Positions 52,981 through 63,117 of a stretch of 64,000 nt of DNA are shown in pieces; the first letter of the stretch is position 1; every line of letters begins with the position of its first letter. The position numbers were made by a program, and so were the translations under genes. The stretch comes from an uncultured Bacteroidales bacterium. Its GTDB lineage: Bacteria > Bacteroidota > Bacteroidia > Bacteroidales > Muribaculaceae. Under the pieces are notes generated by a model that was not told the origin of the DNA, did not search any database, and worked only from the letters and a program-made list of their open reading frames with translations. The stretch lies in NCBI GenBank assembly GCA_947573135.1, contig CANPDU010000007.1, positions 24,855-88,854 on the forward strand, written 5' to 3'.

Positions 52981-53605
52981 GATTGATCGGCTTCTTGATG
53001 CAGTTGAGCATCCTGAACATTTTACGGATGACGAACTTAATGAGATTTTATCCAACAACGAATCAGAAGAATACTATGATCTGATGTGTGATATCCGGTC
53101 ATCGTTTCTCGGAAATGAGTCTGTTGATGTGAACGCAGAGTGGGCTGCTTTTGTCAAAGCGAACAGTGAGCCACGTCATAAATTCGTATTATTTTTACGT
53201 CGTCATGCTGCTGCGGTTATAATTGTGGCAGTAGTATCGCTCGTGTCTGTCGGTGCGGCCGTTGGCATTGGCAGTCATGTGAAACCCGGCGGGAGCGAAA
53301 TGCATTCCGGACAAGCTGCGGCAGACACCGTTGATCATATTCTGTCCGGTAGTGAAGTAAGTACTGAAGATACTGATTCAACTGCAGAAACGGTCTTATT
53401 TAAGAATGAACCTCTTGAAAAGATAATAGCGGATATTGCGAAATATTATAATGTTGATATGCGCTTTGAAAATGAAGACTCGAAACGCCTGCGCCTGTTT
53501 TTTTGCTGGGACAAGAACATGAATTTACAGGAAGTAGTAGAGCAGCTAAACGGTTTTGAACAATTTAAAGTAACATTGCGAGACAACATATTAACAATAG
53601 ATTGA
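52967..53605 (+). CDS. Short FecR-like anti-sigma (C-terminal DUF4974-type domain)
   Basis: One TM, then FKNEPLEKIIADIAKYYNV...LRLFFCWD...VVEQLNGF. Confidence 0.8.
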   Translation: MIMNKIDRLLDAVEHPEHFTDDELNEILSNNESEEYYDLMCDIRSSFLGNESVDVNAEWAAFVKANSEPRHKFVLFLRRHAAAVIIVAVVSLVSVGAAVGIGSHVKPGGSEMHSGQAAADTVDHILSGSEVSTEDTDSTAETVLFKNEPLEKIIADIAKYYNVDMRFENEDSKRLRLFFCWDKNMNLQEVVEQLNGFEQFKVTLRDNILTID

Positions 53606-53609
53606 AAAA

Positions 53610-56147
53610 ATGAGATTTATAGTATATATGGCTGTGATGATAGCTTCTGTCATTACTTGCAGCGCCGCGAAATTCAGTTATCGTTTCAGCTCAGTAGCTC
53701 TGTCTGACGCCTTGGCTCAGATCCATGAAGACCATCCCGGACTAAAAATCAATTTTATTTATAATGACCTTGAAAATTATAAGACCTCATCAATTGTAAA
53801 AACTGACAATCCATATGAGGCTATCCGCAAAGTTATTGGCCGTAATCCGGTTTCAGTTACAGTAAAAAACGGCATATTTTATGTTGAGGCAATGCAACAC
53901 GGTCGGTATTGTTTTCGCGGCCGGGTGATCGACAGTCTGGGTGAAGGATTGCCGTCGGCAACAGCATTTTTACTCCAACCGGCTGATTCGGCCGTACTGA
54001 CATATGCGATAACGGATATTGACGGGCGCTTTTCCATACCGTGTGACTGCAGATCGGTTATAATGAAGATTACATGTATGGGATATATGACAAAGTATCC
54101 CGACTGTGCCGAGTTTTATGTCGGCGATATAGTCATGGATGAAAAACCGATTTTGCTCAATACTCTTACTGTTGCGGCAAGCGATGCGTGGCTCTCGGCC
54201 GATAAGAGCGTATATGTTCCGACGTCACGGCAAAAAAATGCATCGGGTAATGCGCGAGATCTGTTGTTCAGGATGTCAATACCTCAGATTGACGTAAATC
54301 CCATTTCAAATTCAGTGACTACTCTGTCAGGCCGTCCGGTATCATTGTTTATCAATCATCTTGAAGCGTCTGAAGCTGATATTCAAGGATTGAGGACTTC
54401 AGATGTCATAAAGGTCGAATATTATGCATTCCCTACAGATCCTCGTTTCCGCGGAGTTGAATATGCGGTAAATATCTTAGTCCGCCAATATGAGTACGGA
54501 GGTTATACAAAGCTGTCCGACCGTCATATTTTCGGTAGCAAAACAGATAATTATGCGACCGTATTCTCGAAGTTTTCCTATAAAAATATGGTATATGATC
54601 TGTTTGTCAGCAATAATTCCATAAAAGATGACAATATCGGACGGTCGGAACGCTCGACATTCTATTTTCCGGATAAGAAGATAGAACGCAAACTTGAAAT
54701 CGGGAATTCCGAGTATAAATCTCAAAATTTGCCTGTATCATTCCGTGCGATATATCAGAAAAATAATATTCAGATTGTAAATACTTTGGGCTTTCATTAT
54801 TTTGACAGGATGAGAAGTTCTCAAGCCGGCAATCTGACTTTCACTCCTGATGACGACAAGGACTATACATATAAAAACGAGACACCAGGCATAAACCGGA
54901 CATTGACCTGGAACGGACAATATAATTTCAATCTCCCACGACGATGGTATCTTTCATTTTATCCGAGGTTGTCGTACACACATAATAATTCTTTGCGAAA
55001 CTACACTGTCGAACCCGATGACGCATTCAATATCAACAACAATGCGCGGGAGTCCGGTAACCAATACGGCCTGACAGTCAACCTCTCTAAAAAACTCGGC
55101 GAACGAAGTTCTCTGACGGGGGATCTGACCGCCATGTCTGCAAACTATAATGTAAAATATTCAGGCGATTCGCCGTATTCTACCGAATTCACGGGTCAGC
55201 TATGCAGCGGTAAATTATTGTTTAATCATTCGTTGGATAAACTGCATATTAATGCCGATGCAGGAATTTTCTTTCATCGTATCGGCATGAACGGCCAACA
55301 TAATAACGAATTGTCTCCATTCACACATTTCTCCGCAACATATTCTCCCAATCAGAGAAATGAACTGGAAGCATGGATACAATATACGACATACACTCCT
55401 GAGATTTATGAACGCTCCCCTAATGTAATAAGAGTAAATGAATACCTTTATCAGACCGGTAATCCGAATCTGCATGATTCACGCCATCTTACAACTAACT
55501 TTATGTACACATATCTCCCCTCTGATAAAATCGCCCTGGCGGCACACGTAGGATATTACGGAGAGTACGACTGGTCTATAAAAACATATGAGCTGAATGA
55601 AGATAAAAATTCATTACTTCAGACCTATATCAACAGCGGAGACTATACTAATTTTTCGTCGGCTGTGAGCGTAACCGGTAAATTTGTTGACAAAAGGCTT
55701 ATATTCAGGGTTGTACCGTATCTGAATTATCATAATGTAAGCGGATATGCCGACATGTCGGGATTTCAGACTCAATTCATGTCGTCCGTGCAGTACTACT
55801 GGGGTAATTTTAATGCTGAGGCATTCTATTTATTCCCCGGACGCGCGATAAAACGCCATACTTGTGAATGGATAAAAGACAGAAGCAAATACTGGATCTC
55901 GATCGGATGGGCAAATGAAAACTGGAATATTCAGTTTGAAGCACGTGATTTTTGCCATTATAAATCCCGCGGAAAGGAAATAGAATTCTCAACGCCCTAT
56001 CTTACTTCAAATATTTTGGATTGGAACGGTGATTATAACGCAAACTTTATTGTCTCGGCAATTTATACCTTCGGCTACGGCAAGAAGATAGAGCGTTATA
56101 ATGAAATCGGAGCGCCGCAGTCAGGTGGTTCGGCGATAATGAGATGA
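53610..56147 (+). CDS. Outer-membrane beta-barrel / TonB-dependent-like receptor with N-terminal signalling and carboxypeptidase-like domains
   Basis: LSDALAQI...INFIYNDLE (STN-like), GRVIDSLGEGLPSAT...TDIDGRF, YQTGNPNL, YTFGYGKK; low GC. Confidence 0.75.
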   Translation: MRFIVYMAVMIASVITCSAAKFSYRFSSVALSDALAQIHEDHPGLKINFIYNDLENYKTSSIVKTDNPYEAIRKVIGRNPVSVTVKNGIFYVEAMQHGRYCFRGRVIDSLGEGLPSATAFLLQPADSAVLTYAITDIDGRFSIPCDCRSVIMKITCMGYMTKYPDCAEFYVGDIVMDEKPILLNTLTVAASDAWLSADKSVYVPTSRQKNASGNARDLLFRMSIPQIDVNPISNSVTTLSGRPVSLFINHLEASEADIQGLRTSDVIKVEYYAFPTDPRFRGVEYAVNILVRQYEYGGYTKLSDRHIFGSKTDNYATVFSKFSYKNMVYDLFVSNNSIKDDNIGRSERSTFYFPDKKIERKLEIGNSEYKSQNLPVSFRAIYQKNNIQIVNTLGFHYFDRMRSSQAGNLTFTPDDDKDYTYKNETPGINRTLTWNGQYNFNLPRRWYLSFYPRLSYTHNNSLRNYTVEPDDAFNINNNARESGNQYGLTVNLSKKLGERSSLTGDLTAMSANYNVKYSGDSPYSTEFTGQLCSGKLLFNHSLDKLHINADAGIFFHRIGMNGQHNNELSPFTHFSATYSPNQRNELEAWIQYTTYTPEIYERSPNVIRVNEYLYQTGNPNLHDSRHLTTNFMYTYLPSDKIALAAHVGYYGEYDWSIKTYELNEDKNSLLQTYINSGDYTNFSSAVSVTGKFVDKRLIFRVVPYLNYHNVSGYADMSGFQTQFMSSVQYYWGNFNAEAFYLFPGRAIKRHTCEWIKDRSKYWISIGWANENWNIQFEARDFCHYKSRGKEIEFSTPYLTSNILDWNGDYNANFIVSAIYTFGYGKKIERYNEIGAPQSGGSAIMR

Positions 56148-56161
56148 TCACGGATATATCA

Positions 56162-56809
56162 TCATGAATAGATGCCGAGGGCTGCGGCGCGGCTCATAAT
56201 GTCGATCAGCAGCGGACCGGGGACAGACGGATCTACATCCTTTTCACCGAGACGGACTGTAGGCGTCTGAATTGCTCCGCTGTCTTTGATCGCAGACAAA
56301 AAACGGTAAGCCTCCGGCAACGAAGGATCATCGGGCGTAGATGCTGATGTCTCTTTATAGAAATAATATAGCAGAGACGCGAGATATGACAGGATGTATC
56401 CCCGGTGGTCTTCGTCGGAAGTTTCAGTGGCGTCGCCCATTCGGTCGAAACAGTCGATGACCGAATAGATCGCAAATGTATAGAGGCGAAGTTTACGCGA
56501 CGCTTCGACCATCGCGGCAGCCTGATAAACTTCCAGGGTGAGCAGTGCGCCGACGGCACATGAAAATGCATCGCCCGAAGCTTTGGCAAGTCTGAGAGCA
56601 TGAACATGGAGAATTGCTGCTTCGACAAAACGTTCGATAGCTTCGCCTATAGGTTTGTCTGCGTTACGTAGTGTGCGCAGTTCGTTGTCGCAGCCGGCGA
56701 GCAACTCACCGCTCGTGCGCACAGCCTGTTCGACGTCGCCCGACTGTAACAAAACAGCGATTTCGGCGGTGCGGCCGCCGAAATCGTTATATGAAGGATT
56801 GTCGTTCAT
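56162..56809 (-). CDS. Hypothetical all-helical protein (215 aa)
   Basis: Its start overlaps the trxB stop codon by 1 nt; no family recognised. Confidence 0.75.
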   Translation of the reverse strand: MNDNPSYNDFGGRTAEIAVLLQSGDVEQAVRTSGELLAGCDNELRTLRNADKPIGEAIERFVEAAILHVHALRLAKASGDAFSCAVGALLTLEVYQAAAMVEASRKLRLYTFAIYSVIDCFDRMGDATETSDEDHRGYILSYLASLLYYFYKETSASTPDDPSLPEAYRFLSAIKDSGAIQTPTVRLGEKDVDPSVPGPLLIDIMSRAAALGIYS

Positions 56810-57762
56810 CAGATTGTGTCTTCTTTTTCAATAAGATAGCGTTCGAGGTCGATTGCCGCGCGACATCCGGTTCCGGCAGCTGAAATCGCCTGCTGATAAG
56901 TGGGATCGGCGACATCGCCGGCAGCAAAGACGCCTTCGATGCTGGTCCGAGTCGACGGAGCGTCAACTTTGATGTAGCCTTGTTCGTCGAGATCGATCTG
57001 GCCGGCGAAGATTTCTGTGTTTGGCTTATGGCCAATGGCAAGGAAGAATCCGTCGATAGCTATATCATAATAGTTCTCATTTTCGGTGCCTTTGTTGGCT
57101 ACAAGATGAGCGCCTTCGAGGACTTCGGCTCCGTATAATCCGACGGTATTTGTGTTGAACAGGATCTCAATTTTGGGATTGTCAAATACACGCTGCTGCA
57201 TGACCTTCGACGCGCGCAGCTTGTCGCGGCGGACGATCAGATACACTTTCGCCGCAAGTCCGGCAAGATAAAGTGCCTCTTCGGCTGCGGTATCGCCGCC
57301 GCCGACCACAGCCACAGTGCGTTTGCGATAGAAGAAACCGTCGCATGTAGCGCAGGCCGACACACCCATGCCCATGTATTTCTGCTCGTCTGGCAATCCG
57401 AGATAACGGGCTGTCGCTCCGGTCGAGATGATTGCGGCATCGGCTGTTATCGTGTTGTTGCCGTCGACGGTGACAGTGAACGGGCGTGTCGAGAAATCGA
57501 CAGCCGTCACCCGGCCGCTGATGATTTCGGTGCCGTATTGGGCGGCCTGCGTGCGTAGATCGTCCATCAGTTTTATGCCGGTCACTTTTTCAGGATATCC
57601 GGGAAAATTTTCAATTTCTGTCGTTGTAGTGAGTTGCCCTCCGGGCTGGGGACCTTCGATGACGATAGGTGAAAGATTTGCCCGCGAAGCGTAAATTGCG
57701 GCGGTAAAACCGGCCGGTCCGGAGCCGATAATCACACATTTGCTATGCTGTTCTGTAGCCAT
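56809..57762 (-). CDS. trxB: Thioredoxin-disulfide reductase
   Basis: IGSGPAG, PGGQL, SACATCDGFF, GGGDTA, FAAGD. Confidence 0.97.
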   Translation of the reverse strand: MATEQHSKCVIIGSGPAGFTAAIYASRANLSPIVIEGPQPGGQLTTTTEIENFPGYPEKVTGIKLMDDLRTQAAQYGTEIISGRVTAVDFSTRPFTVTVDGNNTITADAAIISTGATARYLGLPDEQKYMGMGVSACATCDGFFYRKRTVAVVGGGDTAAEEALYLAGLAAKVYLIVRRDKLRASKVMQQRVFDNPKIEILFNTNTVGLYGAEVLEGAHLVANKGTENENYYDIAIDGFFLAIGHKPNTEIFAGQIDLDEQGYIKVDAPSTRTSIEGVFAAGDVADPTYQQAISAAGTGCRAAIDLERYLIEKEDTI

Positions 57763-57800
57763 AATTTTGTCGTTTTATGTTATTGTTGAGAGAGTAGGTG

Positions 57801-58418
57801 TTATCTTAAGTCGATTATTTCCGCTTTAGGGTGAAGGCTGCGGTCATATTTGAACTGTGACGCCGGCAGTGCCTGCCCGACTGTGACTTTGTTTATAGAG
57901 ATCGACGTCGAGTTGCCGCCGTCGAATACTATTGTCATTGCTGTCGGCCAGCCGGTCGACTTGCTGATTGTCACTTTGGCCGACGATATTGACATGCCCG
58001 GCATTTTGGAGACGAGTTCCACAATGTTGTTGCCTGGCGACGACTGTAAGGTCCGACAATTGAAGTGGGTGCCGAACATGCTGATGACTTCAAACGGATT
58101 AGATTCCATAAGTTCTTCGCCTGTCGGTTCAGTGACATTGACTTCATTATTGTCGGTCACATATGTCCACTGAGTCTTGCCGTCAAACCATATTGATATA
58201 GACGGCGACTCGACTTTAAACAGTCTTTTGCTCATAATCAGCATTCCGTTGTCAGATCCTGCGCTGTGGGCGATGGCAAAGTCGACTCTGACCGACGGTG
58301 CGTCTCTGAATTTGGCGGCGCAGCGGCTCATGATGTCATAGCCGTTGTCGGCCGAAAGGGCCGAAGTCCATGCAGTCAGAATGAAAATTACCGTAGTCAG
58401 TATTTTTGTCAGTTTCAT
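57801..58418 (-). CDS. lolA: LolA-like outer-membrane lipoprotein carrier
   Basis: Signal peptide, WFDGKTQWTY...NEVNVTEP; downstream of ftsK. Confidence 0.8.
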   Translation of the reverse strand: MKLTKILTTVIFILTAWTSALSADNGYDIMSRCAAKFRDAPSVRVDFAIAHSAGSDNGMLIMSKRLFKVESPSISIWFDGKTQWTYVTDNNEVNVTEPTGEELMESNPFEVISMFGTHFNCRTLQSSPGNNIVELVSKMPGMSISSAKVTISKSTGWPTAMTIVFDGGNSTSISINKVTVGQALPASQFKYDRSLHPKAEIIDLR

Positions 58419-58449
58419 ATATTGTTAACGATTTTCGTGACTTGTCGGT

Positions 58450-60990
58450 TTATAAAATGGATTCGAGTGTTACTGCATCCATCAGCACTGCACGTGGTTT
58501 TGCTCCCTGAGCAGCTCCGACAATGCCGGCCGCCTCCATCTGATCCATGATCTTGCCGGCTTTGTTGTAGCCGATACTGAAGCGACGCTGAAGAGATGAC
58601 GTCGACGCTGTCGACTGTGTTACGATAAACCGGGCGCAGTCGTTGAACAGAGCGTCACGTTTGCTCGGATCATTGGCCTCAGACGGAGCGGCGCCTTCCA
58701 TTACAGGTTCAGGCAGCAGATAAGCTGACTCATAACCTATCTGGTTAAAGATATGGTCTGTGATATTGTCGATCTCGGGAGTATCTATAAATGCGCACTG
58801 TACACGTTCGATGTTGCCGTTGGTCAGAAACAGCATGTCGCCGCGTCCGATCAGCTGGTTGGCACCGGGACGGTCAAGAATCGTTTTGCTGTCGACCATC
58901 GACATTACGCGGAAGGCAATTCGGCCGGGGAAGTTGTTTTTGATCATGCCGCTGATCACGTCGGCCGACGGTCGCTGGGTGGCGATGATTATGTGCATAC
59001 CGGCGGCACGGCCTTTCTGTGCGATACGCGCTATATGCATCGGCACTTCCTTGCCGCCAACCATGATCAGATCTGCAAACTCATCAACGATTGTGACGAT
59101 GTAGGGCATGTATTTGTGACCGTTCTCCGGATTTAGTGCATGGCTGCAGAATTTGCGGTTATACTCTTCAACCGAGCGGACATTGGCCTTACTCATGAGC
59201 ATATAGCGGTTGTCCATCTCTACGCACAGCGAGCTTAGTGTGCCGGGAACTTTCATCGGGTCGGTGATGATCGGTTCTTCTTCGTCGGGCAGTTTGGCCA
59301 GGAAATGTCGCTCAATCTTCCGGTAAGCGGCAAATTCAACCATCTTGGGATCGATGAATACGAATTTGAGTTCCGACGGATGCTTGGCGTAGAGCAGCGA
59401 GGCTATGATGCAGTTGAGGCCTACAGACTTACCCTGACCCGTGGCACCGGCAACGAGCAGGTGAGGCATTTTAGCGAGATCTTGAATGAAAATGTCATTT
59501 GAAATCGTCGCACCCATTGCCATCGGCAGTCTCATCTTCTGACATGCCTCGGCAAATTTTTTTGATCCGATGACCGAGCGTATAGACACTGTTTTCGGAT
59601 CGCGGTTAGGCACTTCTATGCCGACCGTACCGGCTCCAGGAATGGGAGCGATTATACGGATGCCGAGCGCCGCGAGGCTGAGGGCTATGTCATTTTCGAG
59701 TCGTTGGATCTGTGCTATGCGGACGCCTTCGGCCGGTACAATCTCGTAGAGTGTTACGGTGGGTCCGACTGTTGCCTCGATACGTTGGATCGGAATTTTG
59801 TAGTCGAGAAGAGTCTTTACGATGAGATCTTTGTTCTTCTGCTGCTCTTCAGCATCTATAAGATTGCCTGACGGGCGATCCTGGAGCAGATCAAGATCCG
59901 GGAACACATAACGCGACAGATCGGCGCGCGGATCGTAGGGGAGAGCCTCGGTAGGACTCGGATTTGCAGCTGCCGGCACAACGGCTGTTTCTGCGTCGGG
60001 TATTTCGGTTTCCTTGATCGTGAAAGTCGGGCCGTCAGTCGCTGATACGGTTGTTGCCTTGTCTGCCGCTGTTGTTTCAGTGGCGGGACGTGACACAGGT
60101 TTATGGCCGGCATGATCGTCGCTGATGTCTTCGAGAGAAGTCTCGCTGTCGTCTTCATCGTCAATCAGTATCAGACTGTCGTTGGCCGAATATGCGGAGT
60201 TGTGTTCTGCGTCATCTGCGAAAACGACTTCGCCGCTGTGACGGTCATTGTCTTCTTTTTCAGGCGTCTCCGTGATTTCGTCGAGCGCCACCGGTTGCGG
60301 CTCAGCGTCTGTTGCAGCAGACTTGCGTTCGGGCAGATGACTCTTAACGACAGCGATTATATGTTTCAGCGGATTAAGATATATGGCACACAATAGTCCG
60401 ACGAGCACGACTGAGACTGCCAGAGCAAGCGGCCAACTGCCGATATGCATAAGCCACAGGTTGGCGTACCGTCCGTGGACGCCACCCCAATGAAGAAACC
60501 CCGTGCTGTCGAGGGTTATAAATCCGACAACAACTGACAACGCGATCGCGCTGAAAAGGCATTTGAAGCTCAGTGACCAGAACCGGCTCTTTACCACGCC
60601 GAGAAGGGTGAGCCCGACTGTTGCGAGATAGTAGACTAGCACAAATGCCCCGATGCCGAGTCCTTCGGTCATCAGAACATGGGCAAGCCACGCCCCGAAA
60701 GCGCCTCCGGCGTTACGGACCTCTTCGCCTGAGTCTGCGATCTGTCTCACTGATGCGCCGCCTGCGACAATACTTTGATCTGCAGCGCCGTTTCTGAGAT
60801 GGGAAATAGTCGAAATGGCCATAACAAAGGCTATGGCTACTAATATAATACCGAGGCCTATCTGTGTGCGCCGGTCTTTAAAAAAGCCTGATAATGAATT
60901 GCCATTGCGTCGCTTCGGCGCGTTTTTCACGCGTTTTTGCGGCCCTGCCGACGGCCTGCGGGGATTATTGCGTTGAGTCTGGTTTGCCAT
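58450..60990 (-). CDS. ftsK: DNA translocase FtsK
   Basis: N-terminal TMs, GPTVTLYE, HLLVAGATGQGKS, DEFADL, ATQRPS, gamma domain LQRRFSIGYNKAG. Confidence 0.97.
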   Translation of the reverse strand: MANQTQRNNPRRPSAGPQKRVKNAPKRRNGNSLSGFFKDRRTQIGLGIILVAIAFVMAISTISHLRNGAADQSIVAGGASVRQIADSGEEVRNAGGAFGAWLAHVLMTEGLGIGAFVLVYYLATVGLTLLGVVKSRFWSLSFKCLFSAIALSVVVGFITLDSTGFLHWGGVHGRYANLWLMHIGSWPLALAVSVVLVGLLCAIYLNPLKHIIAVVKSHLPERKSAATDAEPQPVALDEITETPEKEDNDRHSGEVVFADDAEHNSAYSANDSLILIDDEDDSETSLEDISDDHAGHKPVSRPATETTAADKATTVSATDGPTFTIKETEIPDAETAVVPAAANPSPTEALPYDPRADLSRYVFPDLDLLQDRPSGNLIDAEEQQKNKDLIVKTLLDYKIPIQRIEATVGPTVTLYEIVPAEGVRIAQIQRLENDIALSLAALGIRIIAPIPGAGTVGIEVPNRDPKTVSIRSVIGSKKFAEACQKMRLPMAMGATISNDIFIQDLAKMPHLLVAGATGQGKSVGLNCIIASLLYAKHPSELKFVFIDPKMVEFAAYRKIERHFLAKLPDEEEPIITDPMKVPGTLSSLCVEMDNRYMLMSKANVRSVEEYNRKFCSHALNPENGHKYMPYIVTIVDEFADLIMVGGKEVPMHIARIAQKGRAAGMHIIIATQRPSADVISGMIKNNFPGRIAFRVMSMVDSKTILDRPGANQLIGRGDMLFLTNGNIERVQCAFIDTPEIDNITDHIFNQIGYESAYLLPEPVMEGAAPSEANDPSKRDALFNDCARFIVTQSTASTSSLQRRFSIGYNKAGKIMDQMEAAGIVGAAQGAKPRAVLMDAVTLESIL

Positions 60991-61036
60991 GATTCGGGAA
61001 ATGTGAGAGAAAGGTTTGGATTGACATTCAGCAGGA

Positions 61037-61681
61037 TTATGCCTCGCTGAGGAGACGGATTGTCTCTATCGGCTCGGGAGAACTGAACACAGTGTTCCCG
61101 GCCACTATAATATCGGCACCCGCGGCTGAAACAGCCGGCGCATTTTCAAGAGTGATGCCTCCGTCTATTTCAATCAGCGCCGATGAGCCGGTTTCGGCTA
61201 TGAGCCGGCGCAGGCGTTCGATCTTGCCTAACGTTGAGGTAATGAACTTCTGACCTCCGAAACCAGGATCAACACTCATAAGCAGAACCATATGGAGGTC
61301 AGCTATTATGTCGCGCAGTGTTTCGACCGGAGTCGCCGGATTGAGGGTCACGGCTGCTTTCATCCCGGCTGCTTTTATAGCCTCGACCGTGCGGTGAAGG
61401 TGTGTGCACGCTTCCTGATGGACATTCATGATCTCGGCGCCGCAATCGCGCACCTGCGAGATATAGCGATGAGGGTCGACGATCATCAGATGGACATCGA
61501 GCGGCTTGGCGGCAATTTTGCTCACAGCTTTGATTACAGGGAAACCGAACGATATATTCGGCACGAACACACCGTCCATCACGTCGACGTGGATGAGTCC
61601 GGCGGCACTCTCATTGACCATCATCGTGTCGCGGCCGAGGTTATTGAAGTCGGCCGAAAGTATAGAGGGGGCTACAATCAT
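61037..61681 (-). CDS. rpe: Ribulose-phosphate 3-epimerase
   Basis: APSILSADF, HVDVMDG, DVHLM, MSVDPGFGGQ, EIDGG. Confidence 0.97.
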   Translation of the reverse strand: MIVAPSILSADFNNLGRDTMMVNESAAGLIHVDVMDGVFVPNISFGFPVIKAVSKIAAKPLDVHLMIVDPHRYISQVRDCGAEIMNVHQEACTHLHRTVEAIKAAGMKAAVTLNPATPVETLRDIIADLHMVLLMSVDPGFGGQKFITSTLGKIERLRRLIAETGSSALIEIDGGITLENAPAVSAAGADIIVAGNTVFSSPEPIETIRLLSEA

Positions 61682-62397
61682 TATTTAGCTGTTTTTTTAG
61701 GTTTGAACGCATTCCACGCAATGAAAAGCACACACAGCAAGAGCAGTATCAGACCGCCGAGCGAAAGGTAACTGTTGTATTTTTCGACTGACGCGAACAG
61801 GCTGTCGATGCTCACGCTTTGAGCCAGAAACCATCCGAGAGCGGCGAGTATCGCATTCCAGACCATCGCGCCAAGACCGGTGAAGATGATAAACACCCAG
61901 ATGTTCATCTTCGACAGACCGGCCGGAATCGAGATCAGCTGACGCACTGCCGGAATAAGACGGCCGATAAATGTCGATACGGCGCCGTGGTTGTCGAAGT
62001 ATCGTTCAGCCTTGTCGACTTTCTCGCGATTGATCAGACAGGCGTGGCCGAGACGTGAATCTGCAAAGCGATAGACGATCGGTCTGCCGATCCAGAGTGA
62101 CAGACCGTAGTTGATGAGAGCGCCGACGATAGCTCCGGCTGTGGCAACGAGAATTACGGCAAAGATGTTTATATCGGGAATAGCCACGTTCTGGCCGTGG
62201 AAAGTCAGTGTGCGGCTGGTCTGGCAGGCCAGATAGGCAGCCGGCGGAACGATGATCTCGGACGGGAAAGGTATGAATGAGCTCTCAATCACCATGAACA
62301 GAAACACATAAAAGTAGCTCATATTGGTCACGATGATTTCAAAATAGTGTGACGCGTCAAATAATGACAGGGAAATGAAAAGTTCGTTCATTGACAA
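61681..62397 (-). CDS. DedA family membrane protein
   Basis: IESSFIPFPSE, FIGRLIPAVRQLISIPAG. Confidence 0.93.
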   Translation of the reverse strand: MSMNELFISLSLFDASHYFEIIVTNMSYFYVFLFMVIESSFIPFPSEIIVPPAAYLACQTSRTLTFHGQNVAIPDINIFAVILVATAGAIVGALINYGLSLWIGRPIVYRFADSRLGHACLINREKVDKAERYFDNHGAVSTFIGRLIPAVRQLISIPAGLSKMNIWVFIIFTGLGAMVWNAILAALGWFLAQSVSIDSLFASVEKYNSYLSLGGLILLLLCVLFIAWNAFKPKKTAK

Positions 62398-62490
62398 ATA
62401 AGTTTGATTCTTCTTATTGCAAATTTACGAACAATCCACGGCCTGACCAAACTAATCGGCATGTATAAACAAAAAATTTATATAATAAAG

Positions 62491-62528
62491 TTTCCCGGCT
62501 TGCCATGCTGAAGATGCAAGCCGGGAAA
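62491..62528. terminator. Hairpin after the cupin gene
   Basis: TTTCCCGGCTTGC...GCAAGCCGGGAAA 13-bp stem. Confidence 0.7.
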
Positions 62529-62563
62529 CACGTGAGAGATGATCCCGAATGCAGGAGGTCGGG

Positions 62564-62974
62564 TTATAATTTGTTTTCGCGCTCGGTGATTTCTGCGTCG
62601 GTCATCGTATAGCCGCCAAGACTGCCTTCTTTTGCCTGAATGCAGATGTAGGTCATCGGTTCGGCCGAAGTGCATTTTAGATTGCGGTCACAACCCGTAG
62701 ATACACGTACAACCGATCCTTCAGCGATGTCGAACACTTCGCCGTCAACCTGAAAACGGCCTGATCCTGAAAGAATGATATAGTTTTCTTCGTTTTCTTT
62801 ATGACTGTGGAAGAACGGCACTGACGCGCCTGTCGGAAGTGTGCCGAACGATATTTCACACGATGTGGCGCCCGAAGCGTCTTTGACAAATTGTTTACCT
62901 TCGAAGCCGTGGAGTGATCCGACTGAAACGTGGGCGAATTTTTCGCCGCAGTTGAGAGTTTTGATTTCGCTCAT
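62564..62974 (-). CDS. Cupin domain protein
   Basis: Start moved to ATG 62974; PFFHSHKENEENY, GSGRFQVDG. Confidence 0.88.
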   Translation of the reverse strand: MSEIKTLNCGEKFAHVSVGSLHGFEGKQFVKDASGATSCEISFGTLPTGASVPFFHSHKENEENYIILSGSGRFQVDGEVFDIAEGSVVRVSTGCDRNLKCTSAEPMTYICIQAKEGSLGGYTMTDAEITERENKL

Positions 62975-62998
62975 GATTGAATAATGAATTTTGTTTAT

Positions 62999-63104
62999 TA
63001 ACTTTGCAACGGAAAGCCACTTTCTTTCCGATAGCACAAAGTTAAATACTATCTGGCTATTATGCAAGAACTTACCCTTTGGAAAGCCACTTACTTAAAA
63101 GTAA
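62999..63104. promoter_or_regulatory. Divergent overlapping promoters and putative HxlR operator repeats
   Basis: TAACTTTG (+, 62999-63006), CAAAGTTA (-, 63037-63044), GGAAAGCCACTT x2 (63011, 63081), TTACTT-AA-AAGTAA (63091-63104). Confidence 0.55.
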
Positions 63105-63117
63105 CCAATTGCTGAAT

